Source: Octopus sinensis | Taxonomy: Eukaryota | Reading direction: 5' to 3' | Assembly (NCBI RefSeq): GCF_006345805.1 | Contig: NW_021834220.1 | Coordinates: forward strand, 1-64,000 | Length of the DNA: 64,000 bases | Shown: piece by piece, positions 39,320 through 53,878 of the stretch | How the letters are laid out: each line of letters starts with the position of its first letter | Numbering within the stretch: the stretch's first letter is position 1 | The notes under the pieces: model-generated | The model's input: only the letters and a program-made list of their open reading frames with translations | Databases searched by the model: none | Told to the model about the DNA's origin: nothing | Made by a program: the position numbers and the translations under genes

Positions 39320-39895
39320 TATTTACAGAACATGCATTAATTACATCCAATATATAATTAAACACGCATATGTATACGCACATACGTATCTATATACATA
39401 TTCATATATACATACATATAAACATACATACATAAATACATACATACATACATATATGTATGTATAAATATATATATGTATATGTATTTGTATATTTGTG
39501 TGGGAGTTCGAGCACACTTACGCACACATACAAGTGTGCATAGATAGGTACCTACACACACACACACACACAGACACACACGCACACACACACACACAAG
39601 TATACATTCTTACGTATAAGTTTTGACATACATACAAAACATGCATGCATACATACATACATGCATACATACATACGCTCATGCATACAAACATATATAC
39701 ATACACACATACATACATGCATAAATGTATGCATACATACATACTTACATACATACACACATAAATGTATACATTCATACATGCATGCATAAATGTATAC
39801 ATACATATATACATACATGCACACATACGTACGTATACATCCATTTGTATAAGTGCGTATATATGTGAGTATGCTGTGTATAGGTTTCGGCTTAC

Positions 39896-39979
39896 TTATG
39901 ACAGTGACTATATGCGCTACGGGCATTGTGTGCCTATCACATACGCTTGCGGCGATCGTATTTGCATCATTAAGGAATG
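39896..39979 (-). CDS. Putative internal exon, 84 nt, phase 1-1: (A)[27 protein letters not shown]
   Basis: Acceptor gttctccttttgtAG and donor A|GTAAGC; a unique-sequence island among microsatellites; only one frame is open. Confidence 0.65.
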
Positions 39980-40039
39980 CTACAAAAGGAGAACACGAGA
40001 TAGTTTTGCTAATATGTATATATATATACATATATACAT

Positions 40040-40198
<159 letters not shown>

Positions 40199-40662
40199 GT
40201 ATTTATATATATATACATACATACGTATATATATATATATGTATACATATATACATATATATTTCTATATATATACATACATGTATGTATGTATGTATGT
40301 ATGTATGTTTGTGTGTGTGTATATATGTATGCATGTATGTTGTGTGTGTGTGTATATATGTATGTATGAATTTAGTGATCGGAATCTTTTTCCTGCCTTC
40401 TTCAAACACAAACGTCGGAGGAACTTTGCTTTCTTTTGATGCCGTAACATCCAGCCTCCACTCCCCGCCACTCTCTATCGCTGACAACCATTTCCATCAC
40501 TCTTCGTCATCACTACCAGCGACATCACCATCACGAACATCATCATCATCATCACCAGCGTTATCACCAACACCATCATCAGCGCGACCACCACCACCAC
40601 TAAAAGAGAAGGATTCACCAACTGTCCGCGTATAGTTACATATATATAATATATATATACAT

Positions 40663-40740
<78 letters not shown>

Positions 40741-41606
40741 TGCGTGTGTGTGTGTGTGTGTGTACATATATACTACGGGGTGCTGAAAAGTTCTTGGTTT
40801 TGAAGATATCGCGAAAAGTCTGTTTGGAAGCCTAACCTTCAGATTACATGGCTTAGAAAGACTAAAGCAATAACAGATAGGCTTAGGGGTGGATGTGTAC
40901 TACTAAGAAATTTGCCTCACAACCACGCGGTTTCGGGTTCAGCCTCGCTGCGTGGTGCACTTCAGACCGACCAAATCCTTGTGAATGTATTTAGTAGACG
41001 GAAAGGGAAAGAAACCCGCTTTTTATACATATATATCTATGCTGTTTGTGTTTATCCTCTACCACCAATTGACAAATTGCGTTGATTTGTTTCGTGAAGG
41101 GGCTAAGTCGATTAAACCCACCCCAGTGTTCAACTGGTACTTATTTTATCGACCCCGAAAAATAAAAGGCAAAGTCGACCACGGAGGAATTGAACTCAGA
41201 ACATGTATACGGATGAAATGTCGCTAAGCATTTTTTCCCGGTGCGTTAACGGTTCTGCTAGCTCGCAGTCTGTAAGATAGCGGTTCGGCAAAAGAAAGTA
41301 CATGAGTGAAAAAATAAGTACTGGGACCTGAAAAAAAAATTTAAAAAAAGCTAATTTCTTAAGGGATCCTCTACGACTACATGGTGATATGGGTGACGGT
41401 AGCAACGTAGCCGTTATGGTTGTTGTTCTTGATGATGATGATAATGGTGGTGGTAGTGGCTCTCATCGTTGTAGCCGTGAAGGTATAGGTAGTGGAGTTG
41501 GTGGTGGCGACAGTTGCAGCAGTTGTGGTGGTAGTAGTGATGGTAGTGGTAATGATACTGGTGGTAGTAGCGGTGGCAGTATTGTTGCCACCACGGTTGC
41601 GGTGAT

Positions 41607-43070
41607 AGGCGGCGAGCTGGCAGAAACGTTAGCAGGTCGGGCGAAATGAGAAGCGGTATTTCGTCTGCCGTTACGTTCTGAGTTCAAATTCCGCCGAGGT
41701 CGACTTTGCCTTTCATCCTTCCGGGGTCGATAAATTAAGTACCAGTTACGCACTGGGTCGATGTAATCGACTTAATCCCTTTGTCTGTCCTTGTTTGTCC
41801 AATCTATGTTTAGCCCCTTGTGGGTAATAAAGAAATAAGAAATGTTAGCACGCTGGGCGAAATGCTTAGCTGTATTTCGTTTGTCTTTATGTTCTGAGTT
41901 CAAACTCTGCCGAGGACGACTTTGCCTTTCATCCTTTCAAGTTCTATAAATTAAGGAGCAGTTGCGTACTAGGGTCGATCTAATTGACTGGCTCCCTCCC
42001 CCAAAATTCCGGGCCTTGTGCCTTGAGTAGAAAAGAATATATTTTAAGGCGGCGTGCTGGCAGAACTGTTAGCACGTCGGGAGAAATGGCTGTCTTTACG
42101 TTCTGAGTTCAAACTCCGTCGAGGACGACTTTGCCTTTCATACTTTCGGGATCTATAAATTAAGTACCACTTGCATACTGGGGTCGATCTAATCGACTGT
42201 CCCCCCACCAAAAAAAAAAAAAAAAAATTCGGGCCTTGTGCCTAGAGTAGAAAAGTATATATTTTAAGGCGGCGAGCTGGCAGAAACGTTAGCACGCCGG
42301 ACGAAATGCGTAGCCGTATTTCGTCTGCCGTTATGTTCTGAGTTCAAATTCCGCCGAGGTCGGCTTTGCTTTTCATCCTTTCGGAGTCGATTAAATAAGT
42401 TCCAGTTATGCACTGGGGTCGATGTAATCGACTTCTGTTTTTCTGTCCTTGTTTGTCCCCTCTGTGTTTAGCCCATTGTGGGTAGTAAAGAAATAGGTAT
42501 TTCGTCTGCCGCTGCGCTCTGAGATCAAATTCCGCCGAGGCCAACTTTGTCTTTCATCCTTACGGGGTCGATTAAATAAGTACACATATACGTATGCACA
42601 AATACACACACACTTATAGTGACTCTGCATGGGGTCGATCCGTTTGTCTGTCCTTGTTTGTGCTCTCTGTGATTAGCCCCTTGTGAGTAGTAATGCCATT
42701 ACGTCTGCCTTTACGTTCTGAGATCAAACTCCGCCGAGGTCGACTTTGCCTTTCATCGTTATGGGGTCGATAAGTTACACACTGGGGTCAATGCAATCGA
42801 CTTAATCCCTTTTTCTGTCCTTGTTTGCCCCCTCTATGTTTAGCCCCTTGTGAACAATAAAGAAATAAGAAACGTTAGCACGCCGGGCAAAATACTTAGT
42901 TGTATTCCGCCAGCCTTTACGTTCTGAGTTCAAACTCCACCGAGGTTGACTTTGCCTTTCATCCTTTCGGACGCGATAAATTAAGTACCAGTTGCGTACT
43001 GGGGTCGATCTAATTGACTGGGACCCTCCCACCCAAATTTCGGGCCTTGTGCCTAGAGTAGAAAAGGAAT
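41607..43070 (+). mobile_element. Tandem cluster of about seven family A SINE units
   Basis: Repeated cores with alternating tails. Confidence 0.9.
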
Positions 43071-43134
43071 AATCAACCAAGAAACGACTTAGGCCCACGT
43101 ATAATCATCCGGTTAGTTATCTTCAGCCCCAAAA

Positions 43135-43525
43135 ATCATCCATCCATCCATCTTTCAATCACTCACTCCCACCATCTTTGGATTGATCCATCCACCCCTC
43201 TCTCCATTCAGCCATTCACCCATGTATCCATCCCTCTCTCCATTCATCCACCCTTCCCTCTATTCATCCATCACCGCACTCTCCATCCATCCGTCTGTCC
43301 ATCCATCCATCCATCCATCCATGCATCCAATTAACCAGCCGACCAACCAACCATACATCTAACCATCCAACCATCCGACCAACCGACCAACCAGCAAACC
43401 AACCAACCAACCAACCAACCAACCAACCAACCAACCAGCCAGCCAGCCAGCCAACCAGCCAACCAGCCAGCCAGCCAGCCAACCAGCCAACCAGCTAAAC
43501 AACCACCCAGCCAACCAGCCAGCCA
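43135..43525. repeat. (CCAT)n/(CCAA)n/(CCAG)n compound tetranucleotide repeat
   Basis: Directly visible. Confidence 0.9.
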
Positions 43526-44099
43526 TACGTTTCCATTTCTCTTCATGTGAAATGCAACTTTGCTAATATCCTGTTTAAAGAAATCTTATTGGTTTGATGC
43601 TAAGAATTAAGTATATTGATGTAAATCTTAATAAACTTATTCCTGGCATTTCTGGTATATGAGAAATGGTGAGTGTATGGATAGATGTGGATATGTGTAG
43701 TGGTATGTGTGTGTGTTTGCACATACATGTATGTATGTATGTATGTATGTATGTATGTATGTATGTATGTATGTATGTATGTATGTAGTCAGGTATGTAT
43801 GTGTGCATGTACGTATGCATGTATATATGTAAATGCATATACACACGCATATATGTGTATATGTACGTAAATAAATACAAGTATATATGAATGTACATAT
43901 GTATATATATATATGCACAAATACACACACACACATATTGACTTTACATGCGCATATTTACAGATAGATACACACATGCGTGAGCGTGTCTATATGCTTT
44001 TATATATACTGTATCTGTGTGTATATGTATTTATATATATATATGTATATATACAAATATATATATACATATATATATATATATACATGCATATATAGC

Positions 44100-44144
<45 letters not shown>

Positions 44145-44159
44145 AATGTCAAAACAGGT

Positions 44160-44400
44160 TAAAATTACGCCCTCTACGTTTTGGAACCAGCGACCAGTTG
44201 TACTCGTGGGAATATTGGTAGCAGTCATGGGTTTGCTTTCGACACTGCTACTACATTTGTCAACCAGCCTTGTTTTTTTACTTTCTTCTTCCTGATAGAA
44301 TCCCATCTCAATTGGTCGTTTCTATTACACGTATAGCACCGGGGTTTCTGCCTTTCTACATCTCCCGATTAATCTCGTCCCCACTTTCTCAAAATGATGA
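44160..44400 (-). pseudogene. Decayed gag-like ORF1 remnant with degenerate zinc knuckle
   Basis: VERQKPRCYTCNRNDQLRWDS (44338-44297 has CX2CX4[Q]X4[S] spacing); similar context to 30563. Confidence 0.4.
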
Positions 44401-44904
44401 AGGTGTTAGATAGCCTTGTCATGTTCTACTGTTGGCGTTATTAGCAGCTAAGTGTTTGCATAGTCCGCAGCCAACCAAACAACAGTCACAAGTTGTTGTT
44501 GGTGGTGGCGAGTTGGGGGCCACCTCCACATTCAGTACATATCTGTACTATTGTGCAAAGTTGTCGACAAAGTACCAGCATATGTGTGAATATCTTTGGT
44601 TATGTTCCTAGCGTTTGTGAGGCAATTTTACAGTGACCCTAGGTCAAAGGCTCATATACAAGGTATCAACTATACCAGTCTCACCCCATCAACATCGGTT
44701 TTAATAAAATAAAGATATGCTCTATCCTGGACAGTGGAGCATATCTTTTGCCTCAGATCAGTTAGGGTTTTTTCCATCCCCCATCACGTTTTGGAAATAG
44801 TTGGAGGTCAATTTTCTTCTCGTTCTTTTCCCAATAATTTCAAAAGGCAAGAAGTTCGAAGGAATATCAGTTAGCAATATATCAATTTATATTTATACGT
44901 ATAA

Positions 44905-45125
44905 AGGCGGCGAGCTAGCAGAACCGTTAACACACCGGTAAAAATGCTTAGAGACATTTCATCCGTATACATGTTCTGAGTTCAAATTCCTCCGGGGTCG
45001 ACTTTGCCTTTTATTCTTTCAGGGTCGATAAAATAAGTACCAGTTGAACACTGGGGTGGATTTAATCGACTTAGCCCCTCCATCAAACCTGTTGGCCTTG
45101 TGCCAACATTTGAAACCAATATATT
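44905..45125 (+). mobile_element. SINE family A variant
   Basis: Shares diagnostic changes with the inverted copy at 41099-41263. Confidence 0.85.
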
Positions 45126-45949
45126 TACACGTAACAAAAATTCTGATGTTTATTTCCTAAATTACAAATTACAAATGTTTGTGTAGACAGGAGATGGAAT
45201 CTCATATGGCAATAAACTATGAACTAACGAATGTGAGAAACTTCAGACTGATCAGTCTATGAACAAAAAAAATGTCAGAAATGATAGAAACAAAAATTGT
45301 ATCATTCAATCCATAATTTAAAAAGAATGTAGATTTTGTATTGGATGTATAAAAGGTATGGACGATAGGTGTAAAACTCGGCAATGGCAGAGCAAGTACA
45401 TTGGTAATCGACGAAAAATGATAATTTGAATAAATGGTAAAACTTTAGTATTGGAGTCTGAAAAATAAAACAATGGAAAAGAAGACGAGAAGAAAACTCG
45501 CATATAATGTATTCAGTCTGCCCTAAAATGAAACATGAAACTACGACAGAAAATAACTTTAGTATAAATGGATCATTGAATGACAAAAGACAAAAACTAA
45601 CTTATTTTCAAGGCCAAATAGAAAACAGAAACCGAAGCAGAACTAGCGAAAGAAATACTACAATGGTTGCGCAAATAACGAATACAAAACTATGAAAAAT
45701 ATAAGATTTTGAGATCGTAAGTTACGAAAGTAGTCCTAACACATGGAAAAGAAACTAAGTAAAACAAACACAACACAACAAACCCCAAGTTGCCAAAAGA
45801 AAGCTGGCTATCAAAAACTTAACCAGAATCACGCCAGCAAAAAAAAAAAAAAAAGAGTAAAAGGGAATATGATTAAGAATAGAAAATTCTAAAGATGGAA
45901 ATATGATATGAAAAATATCTAAAGGTGGAAAAAGTTAAAGAATCAATAT

Positions 45950-46700
45950 CGTTAGAAGATATGACGAACGAATGTACCACCCAATGATAAAACTCGGCGA
46001 TAAAATAACAATAATAATAATAAAAAAAACAAACCCGATCATCGCAGACTTAATTAAAACAGACGCGAAAATCAATATTACCAGGATAAACGAAATATTA
46101 CATACGGCAACTACTGAAGTTAGAGAGGAAAGTGAACACTCCTTCAGATCTATTCATATAGGAATATGAAAACCCAAGTAAACAACATGGATACAAGCAT
46201 ACAAAAAAGATGGAAAATACAAGAAAAGGTCTGTCAATCCTTAATGAAATTAATAACGAAAAGGTACAAAGAGAGAAAAAAGAGAGACAAATACTACAGA
46301 AATACAACATAACAAAACTAAGTCCACGAAATCAAAGAACATTTGAAACAAGAGATGCTCACAAAGAATCGTCGCTATGAAAAGCGATGGAAATTCTTTG
46401 AACAAAACAAGCAGATCGGTTCCAGCCCTAAACGGTTTTATGAAGAATTATGTAAAAAAAAAAGTAAACACAAATCTATGTCACATGTACAGCATGAGAA
46501 ATCGGAATATTCCTGGGGGTATACATCGATGCTGAAAGAATCACCTCGGATGAGATTGCTTAAAACAAGAAGCACAACCCCTAAGCTATCATGTACGTCC
46601 ATTTCAACATTAAAAGTGGTCCAGACTTTGAATAATGCTAAAATTTATGTTCCTGGAAATGAAAAGATTCTAAAACCTCTGGCCGAAATATGTGATATCC
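45950..46700 (+). pseudogene. Old R4/Dong-like retrotransposon fragment (region N-terminal to RT)
   Basis: ITRINEILHTA...LKQEMLTKNRRYEKRWKFFEQNKQIGSSPKRFYEEL...VPGNEKI resembles the pre-RT region of RLE elements; frameshifted. Confidence 0.65.
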
Positions 46701-47359
46701 TCAGCTAGATATACTCGGAGTGTGACATGCATACAATCATCCAGGCTCTTGTTTCCAATCCATCTTTTGATGAAGTCAGTTAAACCATTTTCCCCTGTCT
46801 CTGGCTCTCTTTAAACTTCCTGTCAGGATGGTCCTGAATAATGACTCGTGTTGCAGTGTATGCCTTAAATATGATAGATTTTTGAACTTGATTCTAGACA
46901 ATAAGTACCTTTAGACTTTCGGCTTGTTTATTACACATGAAAACCTTCTCTAAAAATCAGAAAATGACTCATTCACTTGGAAAAGTCGCAAACCTTAATT
47001 CTAAAGAAAAAATCCCTACCTAGTACTGACACGTAACATGTCCTACATCATAAAAGAGCCTTAATTGCAGAAGATACATAAATACATAAAATAAACAATT
47101 TTCATATATTTGTTTTGCAAGATTTTCGATGTGAAATCGTGTGTTGAAACAGATATTGTTGTATTTAGGAATGGCCATTTTGCCAGTTTAGCCAATAATT
47201 TTCAGAAGAATGAAAAAAGAAATTGCTAGAAAGGCTTATGAGGTGTAAACGTTTAACAGAAGCATAGATTAAATAACAGAAAAAAATATTCAAGACAACT
47301 GAATAATGGAAACATTCGCTACGAGTAAAAATAACATTAACAATAAGTGGAAGAAGTGA

Positions 47360-47698
47360 AGTGACCCCCTTCGGTCAGACACTGACCATGGGTTTGCACC
47401 CAGAGAGTTACCCTCTGAGGCACAAGTCTGGGCAAGATTGTTTTATGGAAGACCAGAAGTCGCCCATGCATACTGGTCTCCCCTCTCCACGTCACCGATG
47501 TTGTCCAAGGGAAAGGCAAGGGCTGATACAGCTTGGCACCTGTGACGTCGCAACTCATTTCTACAGCTGAGTGAACTGGAGCAACGTGAAATAAAGTGTC
47601 TTGCTCAAGAACACAACACGCAGCCCGGTTTGGGATTCGAGCTCACAACCTCACGATCGTAAGCACGACGCTCTAACCACTGAGCCACGCGCCTTCAC
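47360..47698 (-). mobile_element. SINE family C, full length
   Basis: gtgaaggcgcgtggctcagtggttagagcg head on the minus strand. Confidence 0.9.
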
Positions 47699-48311
47699 AA
47701 TAAGTAAGTATATAAAAATACGTATTGGGTGGATGGCAAATAAATTCTGCTGATGTATAAAAAAAAAATGAAAGGTTTATTAAAACAAGTCCCAATTTCA
47801 TTTAAAAGAGCAATCCTCCAGCGCTGACACGTCCCTGTAATCATTTTCTGCCTGAAGTTAGTATGATTAAGCGATCTGTCAATCTAGACTTGACGTGGTT
47901 AATCATGAGGAATTAACCATCTTTTGTATATGGACGACTCCATGCTGTTTAACTGTAGCTAAATAACTAAATACATTGCTATATACAGGAGTTGAGTGCA
48001 AAAATTCACGAAAGTAATAGATATAAAAATATTCTAATATTGGTTCCAAACCTTATAATAGGGACAGTAATTTCAGGGGAGTGGGCAAGTCGCTTACATC
48101 GACCCCGGTGTTCAACTGTTACGAATTTAATCTACTCCGAAAGGATGAAACACAAAATCACACTGGGTAGCATTTGACCATAAAATCGGACGAAATGTCC
48201 AGCGTCATAACGATTCTGCGAAGCACCCGACTTAAGATTATCTCATTATCAAAATTAGACGTAATTGTAAATTAATCAACTATACATACATACATACATA
48301 CATACATACAT

Positions 48312-48417
<106 letters not shown>

Positions 48418-48762
48418 CAATGTATTTTATGTCGACGATATGATGCTGTATACTGTAGATAAATGGCAAGAAATACTGCTATATACACCAGTTTAGTGCA
48501 ACAATTTACTATAGCAATAAATCAAGAATACCTTAATATTTGTTTAGAATTTTAAAACAAGAACAGTGATAAGGGGGTGGTGGTAAATCGTTTACACCGA
48601 TCCCAGGGTTCAAGCAGTACTAATTTTATCGATTCCGAAAGTATGGGACGCAAATTCGACCTCGATGGCATTTGATCATAAAGACGGACGAAATGCTGCT
48701 AAGCATTTTCTCCAATGTGCTAATGATTCTGCTGGTTAACCGCCGTATGTAACAATAATAAA

Positions 48763-48835
<73 letters not shown>

Positions 48836-51130
48836 GAAGATATAAGATCTGCTCTCAGGAGGTCAAGCAAATGGAAGTCTCCAGGAAAGGATAAATTTCC
48901 TAACTTCTGGCTGAATGCCTTCCCAGAGAGCCATGAACTGCTAACAGAACTGTACAATGATGTTTTGCAACACCCTAGTAGGATGCCCCCTTGGCTAGTT
49001 AATGAGTTAACATTCCTGCTTCCAAAAAGTGAAGAAACAAATGAACCAAAAAACTATAGACCCATAACCTGCTTAACAACTATGTACAAAACGCTAACAT
49101 CTGTCCTGACGGAATATACCTATAGTTTTTTAACAGACAGCAGCATATTCCCTAATAAACAGAAAGGATGAAAACGTGGATCCTACGGCTGTAAAGATCA
49201 ACTACTCATCAATAAGATGATCTTAGAAGATTGTCACAAACGACACAAAAACTTATCAATAGCCTGGATAGACTATAAAAAGGCTTTTGATAGCCTACCA
49301 CATAGCTGGATTAGGAAATGCCTGGAAATATATAAGATAGCACCTACTCTGCGAAACTTCTTGACTGTAAGTATGAGATCATGGAGAACCACACTAATTC
49401 TGAACAGTGACAATGAATCCCTAAATGCTGGTGATGTAAAAATTTCGTGTGGCATTTTCCAGGGTGACTCACTGTCACCACTCTTCTTTTGTTTATCCTT
49501 AATACCTCTCTCAAAGCTGCTCAATGACGCGCAGTACGGGTATAAAATGTTTGATAAAAATATAAATCATCTCATTTACATGGATGATTTAAAGCTTTTT
49601 GCAAAAAATGACCAACAACTCAAGGGCTTATTAGCGATAGTCAAACAATTCAGTGACGACATCAGAATGCAATTCGGCCTCGATAAATGTGCAAAAGCTA
49701 CCTTTATCAAAGGAAAAATGACAGAAACATCTAACGTTAACATTGACCAGCAGAATGTCATAAAAGAACTAGACCCAGCGGAGAGCTACAAGTACCTAGG
49801 GGTAATTGAAGGGAACGGCATAAGGCATTCAGAGATGAAGGAAAGGATCAGGAGAGAATGCTATCGAAGAGTGAGAGCAATACTCAAGACAGAGCTGAAT
49901 GCAAAAAACAGGATCGAAGCGATCAATGCATTAGCCATACCAGTCGTGACTTACAGTTTCAATATTGTAAACTGGTCAATTACTGAAATATGTCAGCTCG
50001 ACAGAAAAATAAGGAAACTGTTGACAATGCATAGAATGCACCACCCTAAGGCAGATACAGAACGACTCTATCTGCCAAGAAAAGAGGGAGGCCGTGGTCT
50101 TTTGCAACTGGTAATAACAATGAAGATTGCTACAATTGGCCTAGACACCTACCTGAAAAACTCTGAGGACTGGATGTTAAAACTTGTCTCAAAACATGAA
50201 AACAAGAAAGCATCATACTCAGTCACAAAATAGGCAAAGGAATATCTAAGTGAAATACAACCAATTTCGGAATTAGAGATAGACATACAAGAAACAAGCA
50301 AAGAAAAAGCTAGGCGCATGAAAACCCGTGCCAAAACTGCGGCCTTAGATATTCTGAATAATAAATGGCAAGAAAAACCTCTCTATGGCAAATACCCTAA
50401 GAGAGCGAATAATGCAGATATCGACAAAGCCCTGACCCATCAATGGCTAATGGCCTCTGGCTTAAAATCTGAAACAGAGGGGTTTATCATAGCAGCTCAA
50501 GATCAATGCCTACCAACAAGAAATTACCAGGCCAACATATTAAAGAACGGCAGTAGCCCAACATGTCGTGTATGCCGACAACAAAATGAAACCATTGATC
50601 ATGTTGTCTCCAAATGCAGTCTTCTAGCGCCTACAGAGTACCTCAATAGGCATGATAGAGCTGCACAATATATTCACTGGGTAATTTGCAAAAACCTGGA
50701 TTTGCCCCATGAAAAAAACTGGTGAGAACACAATCCACCTCCAGTGCTTGAAAATGACCACATCTCACTCCTCTGGAACTTCACCATTCAAACTGACAGG
50801 AAGATAGATGCAAATAGGCCAGACATCATATTGAAAGACTTCAAACAAAGAACATGCCTCCTCATTGATATGACTGTCCCAATCGATATAAACGTATCTG
50901 TCAAGACCTACCAAAAACTGAGGAAATATAAAGATCTTGAAATAGAAATCAGCAAAATGTGGAAGCTGAAGACTAAAACAATACCTGTTGTCATAGGTGC
51001 CCTGGGAATGATAGCGAAAGAGACTGATTGCTACCTAACTCAGATACCAGGAAACCCCAAAATGGCAGAAATTCAAAAGATAGTGCTCATGGGAACTGCT
51101 CATATCCTACGCAAAATACTCTCTATGTAA
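48836..51130 (+). pseudogene. RT-RLE polyprotein, one frame with three premature stops (49169, 50231, 50723)
   Basis: KSPGKD, NYRPITCL, WIDYKKAFD, GIFQGDSLSP, YMDD, CRVC..ETIDHVVSKC, RHD, RPD..D..K..KY motifs. The four ORF-track pieces share a frame. Confidence 0.95.
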
Positions 51131-51321
51131 TCCCAAGGTTTAAAACAAACTTTTTTTATTTTTATTTTTTATGTTTATGTATTAGACATTCACTAGTACA
51201 ACACCAAAAAAGCACCCCCCCCCAAATATATGGCACAGAACTTCCAACCTGTTGTCTCTTGAGGTCTCTGGGTGAGACTTGGAGCCAACTTGTACAGACA
51301 TAAAGCAAAAGTCAAACATAG
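48836..51321 (+). mobile_element. 5'-truncated R4/Dong-clade non-LTR retrotransposon in a (TAA)n array
   Basis: Single-ORF RT + CCHC + restriction-like endonuclease, ~190-bp 3'UTR, (TAA)n on both sides. Confidence 0.92.
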
Positions 51322-51345
51322 AATAATAATGATAATAATAATAAT

Positions 51346-51802
51346 GCGTTACAGCAAATATTCTGCTCAATACCATAGATTTGCTTGTCAGTTGTTTGAC
51401 CTTAACCAGTTGAGCATGTCCCTTAGTGGCTGACTATATATGCATGTCTGATCACGAGCAGAAGTAATGGGGGAGCATCATAGCCATGTGTTGAGAGGGA
51501 TTCTTGGAGGTCTGAATAATCCACCTCTGGAAACATGGGTGTTTCGTTCAATGTCCTTAAACAACCCTTATTCAGGGACATTTTGAGCGGAATGGGTTAC
51601 TCGACCAGAAGAAAAGTCTAACTGGGCTCCAACTGCAAGGTCATCTGCTGTTTATCTTGATATGAGATCACCATGTCGCGCACATATGTTTGTGATGCAT
51701 GTAGTTAGTGTACCCTTATCAGACGGGTAGTCGTGATAGGTATATTGGGCTTCGTATATTTTACCCAGTGTCACTTTGATGGCATGCACAGCTCTCACAC
51801 TC
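51346..51802 (+). mobile_element. 5'-truncated copy of the TAA-targeted non-coding repeat
   Basis: Collinear with 35340-35793; flanked by (TAA)n. Confidence 0.85.
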
Positions 51803-51850
<48 letters not shown>

Positions 51851-52418
51851 CGTTTCTACTAAGGGCACAAGGCTTGAAATTTTTGGCGCGGAGACTCTAT
51901 ATATATATTCTTCTATTCTTTTACTTGTTTCAGTTATTTGACCACGGCTATGCTGGAGCATCCCCTTTAGTCGAACAAATCGACCCCAGAATTCACTGTT
52001 TGTAACCCTAGTACTTATTCTATCGGTTCTCTTCTGTTGAAGCGCTATGTTACGGGGTCGTAAGCATACCAAGGCACACATATACATATGACTTGGAAGT
52101 ATTTTGACTTCTATTTTTAGCGAAGCGGGTGCTTATGTAGTACCCTAGCAAGTATAGATATATTTATATATCTTGTATATATTTTATTAATTTGCCTACA
52201 TGGCTATTCGCTCGCGGCCATTAACGTAATTATTATATCGTTCTTTTATATGTAGATATATATATATAAAATGTAATAAATGCTAAAACTAATTTCTGTG
52301 TCAGCGTGTCACACTTTGTCCCCCTTACTTACTATTCAATGACACTTCTACTATCACTGATGCTGGGGTGAGTGTAATAGGAGGCATAGAGACGGTGAGA
52401 GCGGTGGCGAAGAATAAG

Positions 52419-52457
<39 letters not shown>

Positions 52458-52520
52458 GAAAAATTTAGGGAGAGTTGATGTTTTATTAAAAGTATTAGTG
52501 TTGATGGTGGCAGTGGAAGT

Positions 52521-52570
<50 letters not shown>

Positions 52571-52637
52571 TGTGTGTATGTGAGAGAAAAGGTACTGAAC
52601 ACTGTAGGAGCATACAAAACTAGCATTTTTTTCCCCC

Positions 52638-53035
52638 TGGGGCTGAGACATGGCGAACAACAGTTAAGGCAAATAAACAAATGCAATCATTCATCAACAG
52701 TATACTTAAAATTAGATGGCCCAAACGCATACGCAATATGGAGCTATGGCAAAGAACAAATCAAGTTTCGATTAGGGACCAAATATTTAAGAAAAAGTGG
52801 AAGTAGATTGGTAGCACAATTAGAAAAGACACACCAAATGTAGCGAAAAGTGCTTTACCGTGGAATCCGGTTGGATATAGAAAGAAAGTAGGCCTAAGAA
52901 CTCGTGGCGAAGATCAACACAAAAGGAACTAGAGAAAGAGGGACATTCATGGCAGAGTATAAGTACAGAAGCGAAAAATTATGCGACATGGAATTCAACA
53001 ATAAGTGGTCTATAGTCCGCATTGGAACGTTAAAG
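52638..53035 (+). pseudogene. RTE-clade retrotransposon 3' fragment
   Basis: GAETWRTT...ILKIRWPKRIRNMELWQRT...KW..IG.TIRK...ALPWNP.G....RPKNSWRR. Confidence 0.85.
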
Positions 53036-53786
53036 GTAGGAAAAAAATATATACACTAGTAGTGCTGAAAAGTTCCTGAACTAACATACTGAACGAATAT
53101 ACTGAACACTGATGTTATTGGGGTGATATTAATAGTTTTAGCTGTTGTTGTGATAGAGGCGGAGGCGGCGGTGTTGATGGTGATGGTGATGGTAGCCGAG
53201 GTTGTCAGGGATGACGGTGAGAGTGAACGATGTTAAAGACAGTGGGCGATGAAGTCAAAGTTATTGAGGGTGGTGGCGTGAGAAGTCTGAATGGTGTGTT
53301 TCGCAGATGTGGTGGTACTGTTTTGTATCATGCAGCAATAAGTTCCAAGTCAACAAATTTGTATATAAGACACACGCGGAAGGACAGGTGAAGCTAAGCG
53401 ATCCTCATTCATATTTTGAATTTGGCGGTGCTAACATTGAACATGAGCGATCTAATGCCGTTAGGTGGAAAGATTCGTTCAAATATTCTAGTACCTTCGA
53501 ATTATCACGGAAAACCATGCTGACGAAGAATATGGTTAGTAAAGTATGTTTTTTTATATTCTTTATGAAAAACCTAATTCAGAAACGCGCGTCCATGGAC
53601 GACCAGATATTGATTGATTTACGTTGCTTTACTCTCTGCCTGTGTGAATAACCTTCAAGTATTTTGGTTTCTCTGGAAGACCCTTTTTAAAATAGAAGAA
53701 ATAGCTAAGATTTTTGGCTGCTATTTCTGAGCTTCGGTGTGTGGTGAAACAATTCTTTGCTGAACCCTTTTTATTAGTATATATAT

Positions 53787-53878
<92 letters not shown>

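Noticed and set aside
40370-40635. S/P-rich or G/D-rich frames with a minus-strand acceptor-like site
   Set aside because: Mostly decayed (CAT/CAC)n repeat; the frames stop and no strong donor is present.
47620-47698. tRNA-like sequences (also 14670, 9600, 28340, 61620)
   Set aside because: They are SINE heads: A/B boxes continue into shared SINE bodies and no complete cloverleaf is seen.
53307-53651. 114-aa ORF in unique sequence
   Set aside because: No recognisable domain or coherent splice pair; it is antisense to the predicted gene.
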